Positions 1 through 6,450 of a DNA stretch of 6,970 bases are shown piece by piece (position 1 is the stretch's first letter; every line of letters starts with the position of its first letter). Position numbers and translations under genes: made by a program. A model generated the notes under the pieces. That model saw only the letters and a list, made by a program, of their open reading frames with translations. It was not told where the DNA came from and searched no databases. The DNA lies in the NCBI RefSeq assembly GCF_006345805.1, contig NW_021829139.1, positions 1 to 6,970 on the forward strand, given 5' to 3'. This stretch comes from Octopus sinensis. Taxonomy: Eukaryota.

Positions 1-45
1 TAGCTGTTTATTTTCTATCATTAAAAAAAAAACATCTTTTGCCAG

Positions 46-120
46 TTTCCTTTTCTCCGTTTTGTTGAAAATGGCCTTGGCATACATGTACACAAGTGTC
101 TATAAAGTTATAAGGGGTGA
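46..120 (+). CDS. Candidate short internal coding exon (FLFSVLLKMALAYMYTSVYKVIRG), unidentified host gene
   Basis: Possible acceptor TTTTGCCAG ending at 45; one frame is stop-free; two consensus-like donors follow (GG|GTGAGT after 116, GA|GTAAGG after 120). ATG at 71 has AAA-ATG-G context. No homology recognised. Confidence 0.22.
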
Positions 121-218
121 GTAAGGGGTAAGGGGTAACGTAAGAAAATTCTTTGTTGATAGAAATTTATTTCAAAGAAGGAAACAAAACCATATAAGTA
201 GTTGTTAGTAATTGTAGG

Positions 219-260
219 AAAAAAAAAAAAAAGAAAGAAAAAAGGAAAAGGAAAAAGGAG
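219..260 (+). repeat. Poly(A)/purine-rich low-complexity tract
   Basis: A14 at 219-232 followed by GAAA/GGAAAA units. Confidence 0.8.
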
Positions 261-291
261 AAATAATTATGTGAGGCAAATTTATCTAAAG

Positions 292-470
292 TAATCCTTT
301 CTACTAAAGGCACAAGGCCTGAAATTTTGGGGGAGGGTACTAGTTGATTACATTAACCCCCCCACCCCAGTGTTTCACTGGTACTTAATTTATCAATCCG
401 AAGAGGATGAAAGGCATAGTCAAGCTCAGAGGAATTGGAACTTAGAATGTAGCAGTTTGATAGCTAAATA
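292..470 (-). mobile_element. 5'-truncated tRNA-derived SINE (type B here), degenerate
   Basis: Minus strand has a B-box-like GTTCCAATTCC (431-441), then GCCTTTCATCCTCTTCGGATTGATAAATTAAGTACCAGT..ACTGGGGT and a tail CAAAATTTCAGGCCTTGTGCCTTTAGTAGAAAGG, matching an Octopus SINE as I recall it. The A-box region is absent, replaced by the GATA array. Confidence 0.7.
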
Positions 471-488
471 GATGGATGGAAAAGTAGG

Positions 489-694
<206 letters not shown>

Positions 695-696
695 TG

Positions 697-835
697 TTTA
701 TTAGCCACACTGGGCTGAACATAGAGGGGACAAATTACAAAGTAGAGCTTTTCTTTTAGGGGAGAAAAAAAAGTGGGAGTGTAGGTTTTCGATCAAAAGG
801 GATAGTAAAAAAAGAGAAAGGAAAAAAGGAAGAAA
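697..835 (-). mobile_element. Possible 3' end (UTR) of a LINE-like retroposon
   Basis: Minus strand is T-rich and ends TTTGTCCCCCTCTATGTTCAGCCCAGTGTGGCTAATAAA, running directly into the (TATC)n array. It resembles recurrent Octopus retroposon 3' termini as I recall them. No ORF support. Confidence 0.4.
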
Positions 836-958
836 ATAGATAGATAGATAGATAGATAGATGGACAGACAAATAGACTGATGGACAGGTACATAGATGGA
901 TAGATAGGTACATAACTAGAGAGAGAGAGAGAGAGAGAGAGAGTGAGAGAGAGAAAGA
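836..958 (+). repeat. Degenerate (GATA)n followed by (GA)n microsatellite
   Basis: GATA/GATG/GACA/GGTA units at about 836-910; (AG)n at 918-958. Confidence 0.92.
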
Positions 959-1124
959 GGAACAATGAAAGGGAATGGTGCAAATAGGAAGAAGGAAGAC
1001 GAAAATAGCCTAAATTGTATTATAGAAGGGGAGGAGGTGGAATAAAAAAGAATAAAGTAAATAAGCAAAAATAAAGTATTTGGGCTCTTTTGAAATATAA
1101 TTTTTTCTAAAATAATGTACAGAC

Positions 1125-1530
1125 GCAGGAGTGGCTGTGTGGTAAGTAGCTTGCTAACCAACCACATGGTTCTGGGTTCAATCCCACTGCGTGGCATCTT
1201 GGGCAAATGTCTTCTGCTATAGCCCCGGGCCGACCAATGCCTTGTGAGTGGATTTGGTAGATGGAAACTGAAAGAAGTCTGTCGTATATATGTATATATA
1301 TGTATGTGTGTGTGTGTTTGTGTGTCTGTGTTTGTCCCCCTAGGACAACCGATGCTGGTGTGTTTACGTCCCCGTAACTTAGCGGTTCGGCAAAAGAGAC
1401 CGATAGAATAAGTACTGGGCTTACAAAGAATAAGTCCCGGGGTCGATTTGCTCGACTAAAGGCGGTGCTCCAGCATGGCCGCAGTCAAATGACTGAAACA
1501 AGAGTAAGAGTAAGAGTAAGAGAGTAAGAC
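1125..1530 (+). mobile_element. tRNA-derived CORE-like SINE, family A copy 1 (most intact)
   Basis: A-box TGGCTGTGTGG (1132-1142), B-box GGTTCAATCCC (1175-1185), CORE-like CTTGGGCAAATGTCTT, internal (TA)n(TG)n at about 1285-1330, conserved 3' half, (AGAGTA)n tail at 1501-1530. Alignable with three other copies in the window. Confidence 0.92.
1132..1185 (+). promoter_or_regulatory. Type-2 RNA polymerase III internal promoter (A and B boxes) of SINE A1
   Basis: Near-consensus TRGCNNAGYGG and GGTTCRANNCC boxes with starts 43 nt apart, as in tRNA genes. Confidence 0.7.
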
Positions 1531-1920
1531 GTAGCTGTGTAGTAAGAAGTTTGCTTCCAAATGACATGGTTCCAGGTTCAGTCTCACTGTGAGACCTCTT
1601 GGGCAAGTGTCTTCTTCTATAGTCTCGGGCTGACCAAAACCCTGTAAATGGATTTGGTAGACGGAGACTGAAAGAAGCCCGTTGTATATATACATATAAA
1701 TGTATATGTTTGTGTGTCTATGCTTATCATCCGCACTATTGCTTGACAATTGATGTTGCTGTGTTTACGTCCCCGTAGCTTAATGGTTTGGCAAAAGAGT
1801 CTTATAAAATAAGTACTAGGCTTACAAAGAATAAGTCCTGGGGTCGATTTGTTTAACTAGAGGCGGAGCTCTAGCAAGACCACAGTCAAATAAATAAAAG
1901 AATAAAAGAGTAAAATAGAA
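1531..1920 (+). mobile_element. SINE family A copy 2, head-to-tail behind copy 1
   Basis: Colinear with copy 1 over its full length (TAGCTGTGTAG A-box, GGTTCAGTCTC B-box, TTGGGCAAGTGTCTT, TA/TG linker, AAGAATAAGTCCTGGGGTCGATTTG); A-rich tail at about 1890-1920. Confidence 0.9.
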
Positions 1921-2114
1921 CAGAAGTCTGAAACATGTTTCTGCCAACAAATGTGTTTCATGGTTCTGTCCCAAAGAGCTATGTGCAAAAATATTTTTTC
2001 AAAAGTTGTCCCTTAGAAGTTTGTCTGTTAAAGTATATTTAGATGTGTGGGAGAAGGAAAATATCACCTATCTTTGCATGCAAGGTGTCTCTCAGAGATA
2101 ATGAGATAATTGCA

Positions 2115-2320
2115 TCCTTTTTTTCCAGGTTGGCATGAGTTGGATGGTTTGACATAAGTAGACAAACCAAAAAGCTGGGTCTGGCTTCAGTGTTCTGCAA
2201 CTGGATGCCCTTCCTAACAGCAACCACTTTACAGAGTGTACAGGGGGCTGCTTTCTGTGGAACCAATGCTAGTGAGATCACCAAGCACCTACAAGACATG
2301 GCCCCCTCAATTCAGTGGGA
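2115..2320 (-). mobile_element. Degenerate SINE/retroposon 3' fragment with RTE-like tail motif
   Basis: 2201-2226 reads TGGTTGCTGTTAGGAAGGGCATCCAG on the minus strand, resembling a 3' motif I recall from RTE-clade LINEs and their partner SINEs. The flanks resemble a common Octopus repeat from memory. Confidence 0.5.
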
Positions 2321-2347
2321 TGTAGTATTTACAAAATAAATTTACAT

Positions 2348-2723
2348 AGGAACAGGTGTGGGTGTGTGGTTAAGAAGCTCACTTTGCAACCGTGTTGTTT
2401 TTGGTTCAGTCCCACTGTGTGACACCTTGGGTCGACCAATACCTTGTGAGTGAATTTTGGTAGATGGAGAGGCATGTAGAAGCCCATCAAATTTGTGGGT
2501 GTGTTTGTGAGTGTTTGTTTTTGTGTTTGTTCCCTCAACACCCACTGCTTGACAACCAGTGTTGACTTGTTTACAACCCTGTAACTTAGCAGATCATCAA
2601 AAAAGATTGACAGAATGAGTGCCGGGGTTGGTTTGTTAGGCTAAACTCTTCATAATGGTGCCCCAACATGGTCGCAATCCAGTGACTGAAAGAAGTGAAA
2701 GATAAAGGATAAAGAATAAAAGA
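2348..2723 (+). mobile_element. SINE family A copy 3, diverged, with internal deletions
   Basis: Alignable to copy 1 (GGTTCAGTCCCACTG, CCTTGTGAGTG, GCTTGACAACC, TGTAACTTAGC, GACTGAAA); lacks 26-bp and 22-bp segments; (GATAAA/GAATAAAA) tail. Confidence 0.85.
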
Positions 2724-2793
2724 TGTTTAGAGAAATGAATGTCTACCCTTTGTCTGCAGACAGGGGACAACTATGGTTATGCTGTAGTGTACT

Positions 2794-3383
2794 CAGTGGT
2801 TCTTAACCGGGTTCCATATGGCCCCTGAGGGTCCAAATAAGATTTTGGGGGTCTACACAATAAAATAGAAAATTGGGGATCCATAATAATATTCTAAGAA
2901 CCCTTGAAAAAGTTTGCTTTACATATATGTATTGGTGTGTATGTATTGCAACAAACAGCTATATTTCTTTCTCTAACATTTTACTTAGTTCAACCTACAC
3001 AAGTTAATGTGTGAGAAACAAAATAGGAATTTTCAAAGATGTATCAATAAAACCAATTAAAAATTTTTTTAATCGAATGACTACGGGGGCCCACCAGAAT
3101 AAAATAGTAATCAAAGGGAGTCCACTGAGACAAAATAGTAAATTAGGGGGCCTACGGTAGTATTTTAAGGATTCATGAAAAAATTTTGCCTTAGATTTAT
3201 GTATTGGTATGTATTGCAAGAAAAAGCTGGGTTTCTTTCTCTAGCATTCTACATAGTTCAATCTACACAAGTGAATGTGTGAAAAACAAAATAAAAAGTT
3301 TGAAAGAAGTTTTTTATAAAATCAATTTTTAAACATGAGAGTCCACCAGAATAAAATTGATAAAAAATGGTTGAGAACCCCTG
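2794..3383. mobile_element. Non-autonomous hAT/Charlie-type MITE (590 bp) with internal tandem duplication
   Basis: 15-bp TIRs CAGTGGTTCTTAACC (2794-2808) and GGTTGAGAACCCCTG (3369-3383), 13/15 complementary and of Charlie type. No clean 8-bp TSD (AGTGTACT vs ATTAACTC). Confidence 0.8.
2830..3357 (+). repeat. Two diverged copies of a 250-270 bp unit inside the MITE
   Basis: Anchors at offset 268: TATGTATTGCAA 2940/3208, TTTCTTTCTCTA 2964/3232, TACACAAGT 2996/3264. CCACCAGAATAAAAT at 3091/3343 has offset 252. Confidence 0.9.
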
Positions 3384-3484
3384 ATTAACTCAGAACTTAT
3401 TTTTTACATAAAATAATCTTTGCCAAACGATTATATAAGCTTTCAGTACATTATGCTGTTTCTGTTACACACATTCAGTTCAGT

Positions 3485-3626
3485 GGGAAGGTTCATGACC
3501 AAGTGATTAAGCTGTTGAACTCATGATTGTAAGGTTGGAGGTTCAATTCGCAGATGGGGTGCTACATTGTGTCCTAAGGTAAGGCACATTTCTCATGACT
3601 TCAGTCCAAACAGCTGAGAAATGAGT
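3485..3626 (+). mobile_element. Old degenerate tRNA-derived CORE-like SINE 5' part (type C here)
   Basis: A-box-like TGACCAAGTGA (3496-3506), B-box-like GGTTCAATTCG (3540-3550) with tRNA spacing, CORE-like TTGTGTCCTAAGGTAAGGCACATT (3567-3590) and CAGCTGAGAAATGAGT. Confidence 0.6.
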
Positions 3627-3642
3627 GATGTATATTCTAGAG

Positions 3643-4173
3643 CAGGAGTCACCAAACTTTTTTCACGGTGGGTCAGATAACTGAGAGCATGATGAGCACA
3701 GGCCACATAACCATTTTGTTTAATACATTACAGTGAATACACAAAAAATAAAGACAACCAACATATTTATTTACCAACAAAGGCGACGTTAGCAATAAGA
3801 TAGTTATATCAGACCCAGTGCATACATATCCGAATCTCACAAACTAAGCAGCAGAAAAGGTTGGTGAGATTTGTTTAACTGCTGTTTAGCTTTTAAGATA
3901 TCATCAATATTTGCTTAGGAATTGCTGCATCCAACCAAGAGAATGGCTTTGAAATGTTCATCAGTCAACCTCGTTCGATGTGCTGACTTCACATCCTTCA
4001 TTACTGAAAATGTTTGCTCACAGACATAAGTTGTTCTAAACACTGATGCTATGCTAGAGGCAAATGAACTCTCATTGCAGGTACTTACACAAAAGATACA
4101 GTGCAGTGGTGGGCTGGATGAACAGACCTCAAGGGCCAGATCTGGCCCACAGGATGTAGTTTGGTGACCCTTG
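3643..4173 (-). mobile_element. Internally deleted hAT/Charlie DNA transposon (531 bp)
   Basis: 16-bp TIRs CAGGAGTCACCAAACT (3643-3658) and AGTTTGGTGACCCTTG (4158-4173), 14/16 complementary. Perfect 8-bp TSD TTCTAGAG (3635-3642 and 4174-4181) fits the Charlie NTCTAGAN target preference. Subterminal perfect palindrome GGGCCAGATCTGGCCC at 4133-4148. Contains a transposase remnant. Confidence 0.95.
3864..4064 (-). pseudogene. hAT transposase C-terminal dimerization-domain remnant
   Basis: Manual translation: FASSIASVFRTTYVCEQTFSVMKDVKSAHRTRLTDEHFKAILLVGCSNS*ANIDDILKAKQQLNKSH. It matches the hAT motif F.[ST]TY.CE..FS.M...K...R.RL and has a premature TAA at 3917-3915 plus apparent frameshifts upstream of 4064. 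Confidence 0.9.
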
Positions 4174-4687
4174 TTCTAGAGTGATGATTCTCAGACTATC
4201 AGCACAAATTCTTACAAATACAGGGAGTTAGTGACTGTTTATAGTAGTAGCTCTCTACACTATGATTCAATATGTCACCCTTTAATTTATCCAAATTCAT
4301 GACACTGGGCTATTTGAGTTACTTCCCTTTGCTTATTATATTTTCCAATTGTCAAATGTACATGTGGCTATTTTTCTTAGTTCACTGGTTTATATGAGTT
4401 AGCCAGTAGATTGGGTGCTTTTCTTTAACTTCTAATTTTTTTTATTGGTCCTGTACTGAAACTGTATTTAGCTAATATATCCAGCTTTGTTTATTAGTAG
4501 GTAGGGTACCAGCAAACTAAATGTAGTAAACTGAGACATTTTAATTAATCAAAACTTTAATTAATTAATTATGTGGTGGAAATAACCACTTTGTAAATAG
4601 TTACAACCACTTGAGTTTCCAAGCAGCAGGCATCTTAGGAATATCTTTTCCTTGTCATTCTTTTGATTTATGACATCACTGTGTGTT

Positions 4688-4726
4688 CATCATCATTGTC
4701 ATTGTCATCATCATCATCATCATCAT
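4688..4726 (+). repeat. (CAT)n trinucleotide microsatellite, imperfect
   Basis: CAT units with two TGT interruptions. Confidence 0.93.
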
Positions 4727-4729
4727 AAG

Positions 4730-4753
4730 ATGGACCCCAGTTGGGAACCACTG
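4730..4753 (-). mobile_element. Orphan hAT/Charlie terminus
   Basis: Reverse complement CAGTGGTTCCCAACTGGGGTCCAT is 20/24 identical to the MITE left end at 2794-2817. The outer flank TTATAGAC resembles a Charlie target site. Confidence 0.6.
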
Positions 4754-5000
4754 TTATAGACAATTAAGTTGGATTAACTTTTGTGGAGCAGAAAAAGGAT
4801 AAAATAATGGTGATGAAGTATTAGAAGGGACCCTCAATGTACAAGAAAGTGAACAGAAGTAGATACAGAGAGGAATAGGGAGTGCAAGTGGCTACAGTAA
4901 AACAAAATGCCAACTTACCCCATCTCTGAGATTGTTTCTTTCTTTCATTAATATTGTTCATATTTCTAATAAGTTTCATTGAATTCTTTCTGTGTCTTAG

Positions 5001-5043
5001 ACTTATCAACCGAGCAAAATATAGCTTTGCTGATGAGGACTAA
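5001..5043 (+). CDS. Candidate terminal coding exon (xLINRAKYSFADED*), unidentified host gene
   Basis: Preceded by a long U-rich tract, branch-like CTAAT at 4966-4970 and TTCTTTCTGTGTCTTAG acceptor ending at 5000. An alternative frame is open to 5086. No homology recognised. Confidence 0.28.
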
Positions 5044-5088
5044 AGTGGCAGAAACATGTCCTCTGCTTTTTACTAGCTGGCTTTAATG

Positions 5089-5420
5089 ACAGGAGTGGCT
5101 GTGTGGTAAGAAGCTTGCTTCCCAACACCATGGATCTGGGATCAGGATACACACATACACACACACACACATATCTATATGTATGTATGTATGTATGTAT
5201 GTATTTTTTTGTCTGTGTTTGTCACCCCCCACTGCCACCATGGCTTGACAACCAATGCTGGTGCATTTATGTCCCTGTAACTTAGCGGTTCAACAAAAGA
5301 GGCTGAGAGAATCAGTACTAGGCTTGCTTACAAAGAATAAGTCCTGGGGTCAATTTGTTTGACTAAATGTGGTGTTGCAGCATGGCTGCAATCAAATGAC
5401 TGGAACAAGTAAAAGAATAA
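5089..5420 (+). mobile_element. SINE family A copy 4, lacking about 100 bp including the B-box end and CORE-like segment
   Basis: Head matches copy 1 to about 5145, then jumps to a (CA)n/(TATG)n linker. The 3' half is colinear with copy 1, has a 4-bp GCTT duplication, and ends CAAGTAAAAGAATAA. Confidence 0.88.
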
Positions 5421-5435
5421 TATATATATATATGT

Positions 5436-5722
5436 GGAGGCGCAATGGCCTAGTGCTTAGGGCAGCGGACTCGCAGTTTCGATTCTAAGACCGGGCGTTG
5501 TGAGTGTTTATTGAGCGAAAACACCATAAGGGCTCCACGAGGCTCCGGCAGGGGGTGGTAATCCCTGCTGTACTCTTTCGCCACAATGTTCTCTCACTCT
5601 TTCTTCTGTTGGCCTGCTTGTTTAGCCAGCGGGGTGGCGTCACTTGAAGGCTAAAACAATGCGAAGCGCATTGTGACCAGCGATGTGTAGTAACATCTGA
5701 TAGCCTGGTCGGTCACGGTGAT
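5436..5722 (+). mobile_element. tRNA-derived SINE (type D here), GC/CpG-rich, flanked by (TA)n
   Basis: A-box-like TGGCCTAGTGC (5446-5456) and B-box-like GTTTCGATTCT (5476-5486). Sharp GC-rich island between TA repeats; body matches an Octopus SINE as I recall it. Confidence 0.75.
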
Positions 5723-6090
5723 ATATATAAATATATATATATACATATATATTGTATAGTATACATATATATAATATAGTATCATATGTATATAGTATAG
5801 AATGGAGACATTTTAGAGCTTAATGTAAAATACATGCATAGAAGTCGTGTGGTATATGGTATATGCTAATATCACTTAGTTTCTGTTGTGACTTTGAAGC
5901 ATTGTCACTTCTTCTAAACTTTTATATATATATATATACACACGCACATGTATGTATATATCTTTATATATTTGTGTATATATATATATATATATTATAT
6001 ATATCTTTGCAAATATGTATATATAGCTATATGTATTTATCTACATACACACATACACATATGCATATATAAAAGCATGTGTATATATAA
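5721..6090. repeat. TA/CA-rich low-complexity microsatellite field
   Basis: Several (TA)n, (TATG)n and (CA)n runs separated by short AT-rich spacers. Confidence 0.85.
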
Positions 6091-6289
6091 AAGCTGCTAA
6101 GTCAGGTTTTTCCCCCCTTTCTTTCCAATATACACACTCCATCTTCCTTAGCTTTTCCCTCTGTGCCGCCATCTCTAATATTGGACGACCACAAATGAAG
6201 TAGTTGGTCCATCGTCTTTTGATGTCGACTGCACACTTGCTAATATCCATTAGTCTCTCATACTCTCTTACTTCACTCTGGCAGTTACC

Positions 6290-6315
6290 TTTTTTGTGTT
6301 TGTTTTTTTTTTGTA

Positions 6316-6343
<28 letters not shown>
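6290..6343 (+). repeat. T-rich tract plus (TA)n
   Basis: T runs at 6290-6312 followed by perfect (TA)n at 6317-6343. Confidence 0.9.
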
Positions 6344-6347
<4 letters not shown>

Positions 6348-6450
6348 CCATTTATTTTATTTGCTTACTTATCTCTTGGTTAGGCACTGATCCAATGGAA
6401 CTATAATCAAACATCCTGTTCCTGTTTCTGCTTTGGTTTTGAGTCCAAAG

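Noticed and set aside
111-138. TAAGGGG repeats as telomeric repeat or G-quadruplex
   Set aside because: The unit is not TTAGGG, and there are only three G4 runs.
1132-1185. tRNA genes at the A/B-box sites (also 3496, 5446)
   Set aside because: No complete cloverleaf is evident, and each continues into a SINE body.
1121-1531. AGACG at 1121-1125 and 1527-1531 as a TSD for SINE A1
   Set aside because: Only 5 bp, and both instances are plausibly part of the SINE 5' ends themselves.
1933-1946. 14-bp inverted match ACATGTTTCTGCCA with 5046-5059
   Set aside because: No extension; a match of this length is not surprising by chance in 7 kb of AT-rich DNA.
2111-2160. Strong-looking acceptor TCCTTTTTTTCCAG ending at 2128
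   Set aside because: All three frames stop within a few codons and it lies in an antisense repeat remnant.
916-2545. ORFs 916..1206, 1421..1606, 1456..1749, 2039..2299, 2329..2541 and 2342..2545 with similar motifs (EPRTMWLVSKLLTTQP etc.)
   Set aside because: The shared motif is just the antisense of the SINE tRNA-like head (or other repeat), not a protein family.
3004-3219. 71-aa minus ORF inside the hAT MITE
   Set aside because: No transposase motif, and the frame is not conserved in the duplicate unit.
2830-3357. Internal direct repeats as CRISPR or similar array
   Set aside because: Eukaryotic context, long diverged units, no repeat-spacer structure.
4542-4612. TTAATTAA repeats, small hairpin TTGTAA-ATAG-TTACAA and AACCACTT direct repeats
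   Set aside because: Short and AT-rich, expected by chance; no independent evidence of regulatory function.
5103-6072. Plus ORFs 5103..5285 and 5863..6072
   Set aside because: Derived from SINE linker and TA/CA microsatellites.
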